A DNA stretch of 64,000 nucleotides from NCBI GenBank assembly GCA_963675745.2, contig CAXXWX010000002.1:55374-119373 (forward strand), given 5' to 3'. This stretch comes from Phycisphaerae bacterium (lineage in GTDB: Bacteria > Planctomycetota > Phycisphaerae > UBA1845 > Fen-1342). The notes under the pieces are model-generated. The model was not told the origin of the DNA. It worked only from the letters and a program-made list of their open reading frames with translations, and searched no databases. The position numbers were made by a program, and so were the translations under genes. Position 1 is the stretch's first letter. Each line of letters opens with the position of its first letter. Positions 21,935 to 31,067 of the stretch are shown one piece after another.

Positions 21935-22150
21935 CACTGACGCGCGGCTGTGGATGTCCAGCGGCCGCTTCATGACGTCGTCGAGGTTTCCCGCGACGCT
22001 TGTGTGCCCAGCGCATCTTGCAATGTGCGGTACACGCAGCACAACTCCTTGTACACCGCATGGGCTCTAGCGTCGGGACGATATACAAGCTGTTTCAGAC
22101 CTTTCATGGCCTTCTGAGCCACCGCAACGTTCTTGTACTCCCCCGGCCCG
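21935..22150 (-). pseudogene. 3' remnant of a ribulokinase (AraB/FGGY family) gene
   Basis: YKNVAVAQKAM..LKQLVYRPD...HAVYKEL...YRTLQDALG, then in a shifted frame GNLDDVMKR.LDI. Resembles ribulokinase C-termini; no N-terminal part present. Confidence 0.55.
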
Positions 22151-22254
22151 CCTACCGGCGCCAACGGCAATCGCCCAAGCACTCTTGATCGTATTCGCGG
22201 TATCGGTCAGTTCGTCTCGACAGAGGCTCATTGAATCTGACTACCCGCGTGTGC

Positions 22255-23487
22255 TCAGGCACGGTTCTTGGCAACGTCCGATGGCGGCTCATCCGCCGAC
22301 TCGCTCCGCGGGAGCGTTACCCGGAGCAGGAGGAACCCCGCCGCCGCGGAGATTATCGACGCGCCGAACACGCCGGCCCGCGTCGCCACCGCATACTGAC
22401 TCCCCTGCCCCTCGAAAGCGAGCATCCCTATAAACAGGCTCATCGTAAAGCCGATGCCGGCCAGGAGGCCGACCGCGAAGACCATCGGCCACGTAACACC
22501 CCGGGGCAGCCTGGCCGCGCCGATCCCGACGATGAGCGCTGCGCCCCCGAACACTCCGAGCGGTTTTCCAATACACAACCCCCCTGCAATGCCGAACGTA
22601 ATCGGGCCGAACAAGGCCTCTGACGAGACGCCACTGAAACTGACGCCGGCGTTGGCAAACGCGAACAATGGTAGGATCATGAATGCGACCCACGGGTGCA
22701 GCATGTGCTCCAGATGACGCAGTAGCGACTCGCCGTTTTCGTTCTGCACTTTGAGTGGGATGGCGAGGCCCAGCGCAACGCCCGCGAGCGTCGCGTGCAC
22801 GCCGGACTTGAGCACACAGATCCACATAATCACGCCGATTATGAAGTACGCCCCGAGATGTTTCACCTTGAGCCGATTGAGCATCACCAGTATCACAAGA
22901 CCACCGATGCCGAGCAGCAGCGCGGCCAGAGATAGCTGGCTCGTGTAGAGAACTGCGATGATGACGATCGCCGCCAGGTCGTCGACAACGGCCACGGTCG
23001 TCAAGAACACCTTCAGCGCCAGCGGTACCCGACTGCCAAGCAGTGACAGGACCCCGAGTGAAAACGCGATGTCGGTCGCGGCCGGAATGGCCCAACCTTT
23101 GCCGGCTACGGGGTCACCCCAGGTAATCCACGCGTAGATGGCACCTGGTACGGCGACGCCTCCAAGCGCGGCCAGCGCGGGCAGTGCCAGCCGCCCGGGA
23201 CTCGCCAGCTCTCCTTCAAGGGCCTCGCGTTTGATCTCGAGCCCGACGAGAAGAAAGAAGATGGCCATCAGGCCATCGTTGATGACCAGGAGCATGTTCT
23301 TCTTCAGCTCGAGTCCGCCGAGCTTGATCTCGATCGGTAGATCGAGGAAGTACTGGTACAAACCGGCAAGGCCGGGGGCGTTGGCGAAGATGAGGGCCAG
23401 GCCGCTCGCAGCCAGCAAGAGAATGCCGCCGGCGGCTTGAAGTTCCAGAAACCTGCGAATGGCATTGCTGGGTCCGCTGATCATCAT
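22255..23487 (-). CDS. nhaA: Na+/H+ antiporter NhaA
   Basis: INDGLMAIFF..GLEIKRE, GWAIPAATDIAF, VVDDL, SGVHATLAG, GIGFTMSLFI. Confidence 0.96.
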   Translation of the reverse strand: MMISGPSNAIRRFLELQAAGGILLLAASGLALIFANAPGLAGLYQYFLDLPIEIKLGGLELKKNMLLVINDGLMAIFFLLVGLEIKREALEGELASPGRLALPALAALGGVAVPGAIYAWITWGDPVAGKGWAIPAATDIAFSLGVLSLLGSRVPLALKVFLTTVAVVDDLAAIVIIAVLYTSQLSLAALLLGIGGLVILVMLNRLKVKHLGAYFIIGVIMWICVLKSGVHATLAGVALGLAIPLKVQNENGESLLRHLEHMLHPWVAFMILPLFAFANAGVSFSGVSSEALFGPITFGIAGGLCIGKPLGVFGGAALIVGIGAARLPRGVTWPMVFAVGLLAGIGFTMSLFIGMLAFEGQGSQYAVATRAGVFGASIISAAAGFLLLRVTLPRSESADEPPSDVAKNRA

Positions 23488-23598
23488 GGCAACTCATCGA
23501 AAGGGTGTGCGGCACTCCGCCGCGCGTATTGGTGTCCGCCCGTCACCACGCTTAAACGCCGATGCGGGCTCGGCATCCGATCCGTCACGCGGCGGACA

Positions 23599-24294
23599 CT
23601 ACGCCGCCGGTATCAGGCGATCGAGCGCGTCAACCGCCGCGGATGGGTCCACGGCGTAGGCACTCGCGCCGATCTCGCTGGCAAACTGGCTGTTAACCGG
23701 CGCACCGCCCACGAGGATGACCGTGTCCGGATTGGAAGCGCGGATTGTCTGCACGATGTCGCGCATCGCGACCATTGTTGTGGTCAGCAACGCCGACAGT
23801 CCCACGGCGCAGCCAGGGTGGTTGGCTATTGCTTCGGCGAACAGCTCGGCCGTGCAATCCACTCCCAGGTCCACGACCTCCCAGCCGGCCCCCGCGACCA
23901 TCATGCAGACAAGATTCTTGCCGATGTCATGCAAGTCCCCCTTTACAGTACCAATCACGAATACGCCGCGCGACGACACACCCTGGCCCGCAAACAGTGG
24001 TTTGAGTTTTTGCATTCCGATGTGCATGGCTCGCGCGGCGATGAGCACCTCGGGGATAAACGCCTCGCCGGCCGCAAACTCCTTGCCGACGATCCGCAAG
24101 CCGGCCATCAGTCCCTCGTGCAGAATCATCTGCGGCGAGACGTTGTCGGCAATGGCGCGTTCGACCAATTCGGCCACGCCCGGTTCCCCTTGTGACCCCG
24201 GCGGGATATTGCTGGCGGCGTCAGCCTTTCCGACGTGAACACACTCAGCGATTTGCCGCAGTGTTTCGCTCGAAGCCCCGGAGATATCCGCCAT
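23599..24294 (-). CDS. Corrinoid (cobalamin-binding) protein of methyltransferase type (cap + B12-binding domain)
   Basis: FIPEVLIAARAM cap; GTVKGDLHDIGKNLV, LSALLTTT, VGGAPV. Confidence 0.92.
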   Translation of the reverse strand: MADISGASSETLRQIAECVHVGKADAASNIPPGSQGEPGVAELVERAIADNVSPQMILHEGLMAGLRIVGKEFAAGEAFIPEVLIAARAMHIGMQKLKPLFAGQGVSSRGVFVIGTVKGDLHDIGKNLVCMMVAGAGWEVVDLGVDCTAELFAEAIANHPGCAVGLSALLTTTMVAMRDIVQTIRASNPDTVILVGGAPVNSQFASEIGASAYAVDPSAAVDALDRLIPAA

Positions 24295-24540
24295 CGCGCT
24301 GCGTCCTTATTGTCCTGATGAGGTGAGATTGCTCGCCCGTTGATGCGGCGCTCACACCGCACAAGCCCAACTCAGGCGGGCATGCGATCACGTCACGAGC
24401 GTGGGATTTCAGACACCAGGCCGCGCGTGTACCAACCAGATAATACGCAAACCGTGCAGGGCATTCCACTGTCGTCGATACGCGGCGGCGAGCACGCCGC
24501 GACGCCCCGGCGCCATGGTGCGAGAACAGCCGCAGGGGGA

Positions 24541-26145
24541 TCAGTCTTCGTAGACTTCCGCGTACTGCTCGGGGTGCTGGCGCTCGCGGGCGGCCTCGCG
24601 GACTCGGACCTCCTGGGCGTCAGCGCGTTTCTTGAGTACGTGGCGAACGGTCAGGTTCGCACCGATAGCGATGACAATACCGATGCCGAAGAGTCTGACG
24701 TAGTACACGAGCAAGCAGACCACACCGGCAGAAACGGCGGCGATCACGGCCGCCGCAAACCAACTGAAGACCACCCAGATGGTGCGGGCCAGCTTCAATT
24801 CCGCGTCGCCGCGCTGGAAAATACGGTCGGCCATACCGGTGGCGACAATGGCGGCGAACGATACGTAGGTGGTGGACACCGGTAGGCCAAAGCCGGATGC
24901 CGTGGCGATCACACTCGCGGAAACGGCAAGGATGACACACGCGCGCAAGGCGTCGTAGTGCCTGGTCTTGCCGGCATCCGTTACTGTGGGTAGCGGGGCC
25001 AGAACCGGTTGGCTGCCGCGCAAGCGCAGCAGTACACGGGCCACGACGATGCACCAGTTGGGGGCCCAGAGGCGTACCTGGTGGGCCATGCTGCCGGCAT
25101 GGACGGCGGCGCTGGTGACACGCAGCGAGTTCTTGGTGAGCATTCCAACCGCCATCAAGAAGCCGCACCCGGCCAGAGCCCAGACGCTGATGTCGATCTC
25201 GGTCGCCACCGCCACACCCTTTTCGTAGTGCTGAAGGATGTTGAGGGCCGCCAGTCCCGGCGCGGCGCAGTTGGCCAGATCGTTCTGGCCGAACGCGAAC
25301 GCCATCGCCAGCATCCCGACCACGGCCAACACGGGAAAGAGAAGCCTAGCGGCGCGCTTGCCGAAGGTCACCAGCAGCAGGTGGATTATCAGCGCGAAGA
25401 CGGCCCAGAGTGCCAGCAGTGTGAGCAATGGGCCGAATTGCTGCACGAACTCCTTATTGACATGTTTAACGATGGCAACGTTCTTCATGCCCTTGACCAG
25501 CATGAAGTAGGTCAGCCCGGCCAGCATGCCGCCGCCAATCCACCCCCCGTGGGCGAGCAGCACGGAAAGTCGCGTTGTGCGGTCGCGGATGGCCCCGCGC
25601 ACGATGCGCTGGAGGAAGAACGCCGCCACACCGCTGATCGCAATCGAGCAGACGATGCCGGCCAGCACCGTCCCGGCCTTGGGCCACTTCACGACGACCG
25701 GGCCGCCGAGCGCGAAGGCCGCACCGAGCAGTTCAAAAACCAGACATGCGGTGGTGCTGACCGGCATGCCAAAGGCCGAATAGCTGTAAAGCAGGACCGT
25801 GTCGACAATGTAGACCGAAATGTAAATCGCCAGAGCTTTTTCAACGTCAAGATTGGCGTGCGCGGGGTCAAAGATGCCCTTGCGCGCAGTATCCATCACC
25901 TGCGACGAGGCCGCCGCGCCAAGCACGACGGCAACACCGGCGATCAGCACCGCCGTCCGACGCGCCAGAACGCGCGAGCCAAAGACCGCATTCACCAGAT
26001 TGGCGGCGTCGTTGCGGCCCACTTCGACGGTGTCCCACAGCAACATGATCAGGGCCACGGCCCCGGCCGCAAACAGGAAGACGGTCTCATTCGTACTGGA
26101 AGCGAGCAGGACTGGCTGCGGCGTGCCTGCGAGGGTCGCGAACAT
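24541..26145 (-). CDS. Inorganic phosphate transporter, PiT (PHO4) family
   Basis: Two PiT signatures, GRNDAAN...GMPVSTT and GQNDLAN...GLPVSTT; many TMs. Confidence 0.9.
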   Translation of the reverse strand: MFATLAGTPQPVLLASSTNETVFLFAAGAVALIMLLWDTVEVGRNDAANLVNAVFGSRVLARRTAVLIAGVAVVLGAAASSQVMDTARKGIFDPAHANLDVEKALAIYISVYIVDTVLLYSYSAFGMPVSTTACLVFELLGAAFALGGPVVVKWPKAGTVLAGIVCSIAISGVAAFFLQRIVRGAIRDRTTRLSVLLAHGGWIGGGMLAGLTYFMLVKGMKNVAIVKHVNKEFVQQFGPLLTLLALWAVFALIIHLLLVTFGKRAARLLFPVLAVVGMLAMAFAFGQNDLANCAAPGLAALNILQHYEKGVAVATEIDISVWALAGCGFLMAVGMLTKNSLRVTSAAVHAGSMAHQVRLWAPNWCIVVARVLLRLRGSQPVLAPLPTVTDAGKTRHYDALRACVILAVSASVIATASGFGLPVSTTYVSFAAIVATGMADRIFQRGDAELKLARTIWVVFSWFAAAVIAAVSAGVVCLLVYYVRLFGIGIVIAIGANLTVRHVLKKRADAQEVRVREAARERQHPEQYAEVYED

Positions 26146-26285
26146 GGGCGTCTATCGTCCAGTCAAGGGTCTCGGAAGCCAGGCTAGAGCCGTTTCAATC
26201 TAACTTCGGCATCAGGCGTCCCTGCCTGACTAGTGTCGAGAGCGTCAGGCTCGAAGACCTGGCGCTGAGCGTCAGCCCGGCGGAC

Positions 26286-26954
26286 CTAGCGGCCGAGCAT
26301 GCGACGTAGACGTTCGGCGGTCTTGTCCGCGTGGTTGGCCAGAGCGCCGAGGTTCTGGAATATGCCGGACCACAGGAAGATGTCCGTCGGCCTGATCTGG
26401 TCTTCCAGGGCAAAGAGCCGCTGGGCGAGCCGATACTGCTGCTTGTCCGCCACCCATTCCTCGTGCTCGGCCTCGGCGATAAGCGCCATGACGCGTTCGC
26501 CGGGGGCGCCGGAAAAATCGCGCTCACCCATGTCCTTGAGCAGGTCGAGGGCCGCGTAAAGGCGCTGGCAGACTTCGAGCACCTGGCGAACGTAGGCCAG
26601 GATGTCATCGGCGAGGCTGGCGGGCATTTCGAGATTTTTGATCGTGAGCTGTACGGCCAGATCTTCGGCGGTGTCGCCCATGTCATCCTGGACGTGCAGG
26701 AAGGCCAGCAGATCGCCTCGGTAAACCGGCAATGCAAAACGAGTCGGAATGGTCTTGCGAATCTCGTTCTTGACCTTGTCGGCCATATGCTCGGCCTTGA
26801 AAACACCCCCGGTGATGAGCTTGAGCTTCTCGTAGTCGCCGGCCCGGATCGCTTCGAACATCGGCAATACCAGGTCGACACACGTGCGCACGTGTTTCAT
26901 GTGCTCGGCCAGCGGCTCGAATGGGGATTCATCGTGCCATCGGAGTGAAGTCAT
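26286..26954 (-). CDS. DUF47/PhoU-like phosphate transport regulator
   Basis: SPF..L..H, EH.AD..K..IR, R.DLL..L..QD, EH..D motifs; upstream of the PiT gene. Confidence 0.9.
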   Translation of the reverse strand: MTSLRWHDESPFEPLAEHMKHVRTCVDLVLPMFEAIRAGDYEKLKLITGGVFKAEHMADKVKNEIRKTIPTRFALPVYRGDLLAFLHVQDDMGDTAEDLAVQLTIKNLEMPASLADDILAYVRQVLEVCQRLYAALDLLKDMGERDFSGAPGERVMALIAEAEHEEWVADKQQYRLAQRLFALEDQIRPTDIFLWSGIFQNLGALANHADKTAERLRRMLGR

Positions 26955-27125
26955 GCTGCACTCTTTCTGCCATGCGCCCGGCGCGGTGCCCGGCGCTGCT
27001 GCATTCAAGTTGATTCGTGAAAATGGGCCGCTCGAGGCCCGCGCTCCTGATGCCGATGCGGGCATGTTGACGGGTCGGCGTGCAGGGGTCAAGAGGCGGG
27101 GGCAAACTCATCACAACACCGGCCC

Positions 27126-28436
27126 CAGGGCGATCGCATTCTCAGGTTTTCGGTTTTGGGTCGTGGATCAGGAGGCTGAGGAGGTAGTCGTGGTTCCAGC
27201 CGGCGAGTAGGCGTCGGGCGCGGATGCTGCGGGCTTTGGGTGGTCCGGCTTTGAGCAGGTTCAGGGCGATCCGGCTCAGACGCGAGAAGTTTTCGGCTGC
27301 GTAGCCGCTGCGGATCCGTCGCTGGTCCTCGCCGAAGATCACGTCGAGCCGCCAATGCAGCCGATTCTCGACGCCCCAGTGCCCGCGGACGCGTTCGAGC
27401 ATGCGGGCAGCGTCGCACTTTTCGATGCTGCTGATGTAGTAACGCCGGTCGGTCTCGACCTGCTCGCCGATCCGCCGCGTGGCCTCGACGCAGGCAAAGC
27501 TGCTGAGGTTTTGCCACTGCGCCCCAGCCGGCAGCCAGCTGACATCGGTGGTCATCCAACAGCGCCGCGTCTCGATCCGCCCGTGCCCCTTGTCATGCTC
27601 CTGCGTATAGTCGTGTGCGACGGCGTGGGCGTCTTTCCGGCGACACTCGTCGAAGAGCAGCTCCAGTTCTTTCTGCAAGTGCGGATGATTGCCCTTGACC
27701 TGGAGCACGTAATCGGCTCCACAAGAGATGGCCTTCTCGGCAATCGCCTTCTGGCAGCCCATTGCGTCGGTGGTGATCACGGCGCCGTCCAGGTCCAGCA
27801 ACTCCAGCAGCTTTGGAATAGCGGTGATCTCGTTGCTCTTGGCGTCGGTTACGATCTGTCCGAGAACCGTTTGGTTGCTCGCGCACCAGGCGCTGACCAT
27901 GTGCAACGCAGATTTCTTCGCCGCCGTGTCGAAGCTGCGGCGGATCGTCTTGCCGTCGATGGCGACCAGCCGGCCGACCTTCGTCCGCGACAGGTGGCGT
28001 ACCCAGGCGAGGAAGCAACGCTCGAAGGCGTCGGGGTCGAGCCGCGCGAAGACGCGACCGAAGGTGTCGTGCGAAGGGATGCCGTGCGGCAGACGCAGGA
28101 AGGTGGCAAACCACTTCTGCTTGCCGCGGCCGAAAAGTTCGACATCCTCCCAACCCGCAGCGCCGCAGATCACGGCGCAGATGGCGATGACGAGGATGTC
28201 CAGCAACTCGTGCCGGCGACCCTGGTTGGAACGTGGATCTTCCATATCACTGAAAAAGCGCAGGATGCCACGCGGGGCGTTGACGTCCATGCCAAAGCTC
28301 CTTCTCGAAGGGACCACTGATGTCCCTGCGTGGCCAACGCAGAACGACGATAACCTGCTTACCCCCAACCGCGCGCAAGCGCAACCCGTACATACACCGA
28401 ACATCCATTATTTACCACGAGAATGCGATCGCCCTG
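27126..28436 (-). mobile_element. ISAs1-family insertion sequence (1311 bp)
   Basis: Perfect 18-bp terminal IR CAGGGCGATCGCATTCTC (27126-27143 / 28419-28436) enclosing the transposase. Confidence 0.93.
27142..28290 (-). CDS. ISAs1-family transposase
   Basis: DPR, PSHDTF, IDGKT, KSNEITAIP, DAMGCQ, HGRIETR, HWGVENRLHW.LDV.F.ED. Confidence 0.96.
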   Translation of the reverse strand: MDVNAPRGILRFFSDMEDPRSNQGRRHELLDILVIAICAVICGAAGWEDVELFGRGKQKWFATFLRLPHGIPSHDTFGRVFARLDPDAFERCFLAWVRHLSRTKVGRLVAIDGKTIRRSFDTAAKKSALHMVSAWCASNQTVLGQIVTDAKSNEITAIPKLLELLDLDGAVITTDAMGCQKAIAEKAISCGADYVLQVKGNHPHLQKELELLFDECRRKDAHAVAHDYTQEHDKGHGRIETRRCWMTTDVSWLPAGAQWQNLSSFACVEATRRIGEQVETDRRYYISSIEKCDAARMLERVRGHWGVENRLHWRLDVIFGEDQRRIRSGYAAENFSRLSRIALNLLKAGPPKARSIRARRLLAGWNHDYLLSLLIHDPKPKT

Positions 28437-28509
28437 CTGCCCCCCCGTTTGACGAATACCGCTTGAATCGCCAAAATGTGGGGTCAATCGTAACTGTGGA
28501 GGAGTCGCG

Positions 28510-29013
28510 ATGATGGTGAGTCGTCTTGTGCGCACAACCGGGCCGGCCGAGGGGCTGGTGTGTGGCCTGTTGGCGCTGGCGTGCCTGATGCCGATGGGTT
28601 GCGTGACCGCGAACGTCGGCAGTCAGCCGACCGCCATGCGGGCTGCGGACGCCGTCCAGCATCCGATGTTGGCGGGCATCCCCCTGCCGCGCGGAATCGC
28701 CGTCGTCGATGATAAGAGCAAGGCCCACGAGAGCGGACGTTTTCGCTTCGCCAGCTATGAATTCACCGGCGGCGGCAGTCGCGACGCTTTGCACGAGTTC
28801 TTTCTGCACCATATGCCCACGGCGGGCTTTGAGTTGCTACAGCGACGCGATGAGGCGGGCGTTTACAGCCTCTACTTCCGCAGCAGCGCCGAGGAGTGCA
28901 CCATCCGCATCGGAAACCGCGGGTTCCATTCGTATTTCACGGTGGACGTGTGGCCGCTGCCGAAAGGGGCGCCGAAGGAGACTTCCGACCTGCCGCCGCC
29001 TCGCGATGGATAG
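28510..29013 (+). CDS. Hypothetical exported protein, probable lipoprotein
   Basis: GGAGGAG RBS; hydrophobic leader ending in Cys (LALAC or PMGC). Confidence 0.7.
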   Translation: MMVSRLVRTTGPAEGLVCGLLALACLMPMGCVTANVGSQPTAMRAADAVQHPMLAGIPLPRGIAVVDDKSKAHESGRFRFASYEFTGGGSRDALHEFFLHHMPTAGFELLQRRDEAGVYSLYFRSSAEECTIRIGNRGFHSYFTVDVWPLPKGAPKETSDLPPPRDG

Positions 29014-29125
29014 TCGGCCGGCTGTGCGTCGGCCTGTCTGATCGGCGGCGTGCCGATCTGAGCGTAGTGTGATCTCACGGGCGGCTCAGAAGCCACCTGT
29101 ATTCGAGTGTATTCGAGGAGAAAAG

Positions 29126-29923
29126 ATGGACGCCGATACCCGGCATCAACTCAAGCAGAACGAGCTGGCCGAGGCGATACAGAAACTTCGCGAGCTGGAC
29201 AAGAGCACGGTCTATCTGATCGTCGCGATTCTGGTCATTATCGTCCTGTTCGCCGCGTATCGCATCTGGACCTGGCAGAGCGCGCGGGCCGAGGCGGCCA
29301 ACTGGCAATCGCTCGTGCAAATGGGTCAGCCAGCCACCGGAGCATCCCCGGACATGCTTGACGGCCTGCGGGGTATCGCCGACGGCAGCACGACGTCGGC
29401 GCTGTCAAATGCCGCCCGCCTCGAACTGGCCGGCGCGTTGGCGGCCGAGGCCACCGAGACGTCCGACCCGCAGAAGCTCACCGAAGCCGCCGCGGTGTTG
29501 CAGCCGCTGGTCGACCAGCATCTGCAAATTCCTCCAGCGGTCGGTGGACCGGCGTTGTACTTGCTCGCGGGCATTCAGGAGTCGCAACGCGATTTCGATG
29601 GCGCCCGTGCGACATACGAAATGTTGCAAAGCGATCACTTCGCCGGCAGTTCACTCCAGGTGCTGGTCAGCGCCAAGCTCGACTCTCTGGATTCATTGCG
29701 CACACCGATTGCACTGCAGCCCGGCCTTCCTCCACAGCCACAGTCGGAGGTGGTCGCGCCGACGCCGGCTGACCTAGCGGCCGCCGCGGAGAGCACGCCG
29801 CCCGCCGCAAACGCTGAAGACTCACCGGTCGAACCGGAGGCCGCCGCCCCTGAGCCAGCCGCACCGGCGGATGACGCCGCCGCTACCGGTGAGACCGTAC
29901 CGGCCGAACCCGAGCAGCCGTGA
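29126..29923 (+). CDS. YfgM-like membrane-anchored TPR protein
   Basis: RHQLKQNEL N-terminus, single TM, TPR-like helices, Pro/Ala-rich tail. Confidence 0.7.
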   Translation: MDADTRHQLKQNELAEAIQKLRELDKSTVYLIVAILVIIVLFAAYRIWTWQSARAEAANWQSLVQMGQPATGASPDMLDGLRGIADGSTTSALSNAARLELAGALAAEATETSDPQKLTEAAAVLQPLVDQHLQIPPAVGGPALYLLAGIQESQRDFDGARATYEMLQSDHFAGSSLQVLVSAKLDSLDSLRTPIALQPGLPPQPQSEVVAPTPADLAAAAESTPPAANAEDSPVEPEAAAPEPAAPADDAAATGETVPAEPEQP

Positions 29924-30948
29924 GTTTTGATGAGGACATACTCCAGCGTCCGGTTCCCATTGATGACGACAACGTGGAGCACGCGCGCCTGCGCATCCGG
30001 CGCAAGCTGCCGGGCAGGCGCCTGGACAAGTACCTGCAAGGACGCTTTCCACATCTTTCGCGCACACTCATCCAGCGGCTGATCAAGCAGGGCGCCATCA
30101 CGGTCAACGGCAAACCCACCAAGCCCAGCTACGAGATGTGTGGCGGTGACCTGGTCGACCTGTTGATCCCCCCGCCCGAGCCCTTGGAGGTGATCCCCGA
30201 GAACATCCCGCTGGATGTCGTCTACGAAGACGAGTACATAATCGCGCTCAACAAACAGGCGGGGATAATCTGCCATCCGGCCCGCGGGACGCAGGGCGGC
30301 ACATTGGCCAACGCGCTGACGTACTACTCCAATCAGCTTAGTCATGGAACGGCACCGTTTCGCCCCGGCATCGTCCACCGGCTGGACAAGAACACAACCG
30401 GCATCATGCTCGTGGCCAAGACCGATGAGGCGCACTGGCGCCTGGGGCTGCAATTCGAACAGCGCACAATTCAAAAGACCTACATCGCCGTCGTCGAGGG
30501 CCGCTTGAATCTCGACGCGGACGTGATCGACGCGCCGATCGGCGTCCATCCGGTTGTGCGCGAGAAATTCGCCGTCATGATCCGCGCCAACAAGATCGAC
30601 GTGGCCAAGAACGCCGTCACGAATTACGAGGTCGCTGAACGGTTTCGGGGCTATACACTCGTGCAGTTGCAACCCAAAACCGGCCGCACACACCAGTTGC
30701 GCGTGCACATGTCACACCTGGGCCACCCGCTGGTCGGCGACACGATGTACGGCGGCAAACCCGTGAGCGAGTTTGACCTGACCGGCGCGGGTGATCGTGA
30801 GCCGCTACTCGATTACCAGGCCCTCCACGCTTGGAAGATCGAATTTCGCCACCCGATCAGCGAGAAGATGCTGACGCTCGAAGCTCCGTTCCACGGCAAA
30901 TTCAAGACGCTGATGCAATTGCTGCGGAGGTCACGGGCGATTGACTAG
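29920..30948 (+). CDS. rluD: 23S rRNA pseudouridine synthase RluD (S4 + catalytic domain)
   Basis: RLDKYL S4 domain, NKQAG, intact IVHRLDKNTTG, TGRTHQLRVH. Confidence 0.92.
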   Translation: MSFDEDILQRPVPIDDDNVEHARLRIRRKLPGRRLDKYLQGRFPHLSRTLIQRLIKQGAITVNGKPTKPSYEMCGGDLVDLLIPPPEPLEVIPENIPLDVVYEDEYIIALNKQAGIICHPARGTQGGTLANALTYYSNQLSHGTAPFRPGIVHRLDKNTTGIMLVAKTDEAHWRLGLQFEQRTIQKTYIAVVEGRLNLDADVIDAPIGVHPVVREKFAVMIRANKIDVAKNAVTNYEVAERFRGYTLVQLQPKTGRTHQLRVHMSHLGHPLVGDTMYGGKPVSEFDLTGAGDREPLLDYQALHAWKIEFRHPISEKMLTLEAPFHGKFKTLMQLLRRSRAID

Positions 30949-30980
30949 CGTTCTGTTCCCCTGGTTTGGTGGAATTCGTC

Positions 30981-31050
30981 GTGTGGCACGGCTCTGTGAG
31001 CCGTGCGGTGCCGCGACGGGAGAAACACGGCTCAGAGAGCCGTGGCACAC
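30981..31050. repeat. Inverted REP-like pair
   Basis: GTGTGGCACGGCTCTGTGAGCCGTG (30981-31005) and its 23/25 reverse complement (31026-31050). Confidence 0.8.
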
Positions 31051-31067
31051 CGTAGGTCGGTCGGGAC

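Noticed and set aside
23599..24294. Corrinoid protein as the missing small subunit of the mutase at 241
   Set aside because: It has a methyltransferase-type cap and DLHDIG, not the DGHDRG motif of mutase small subunits.
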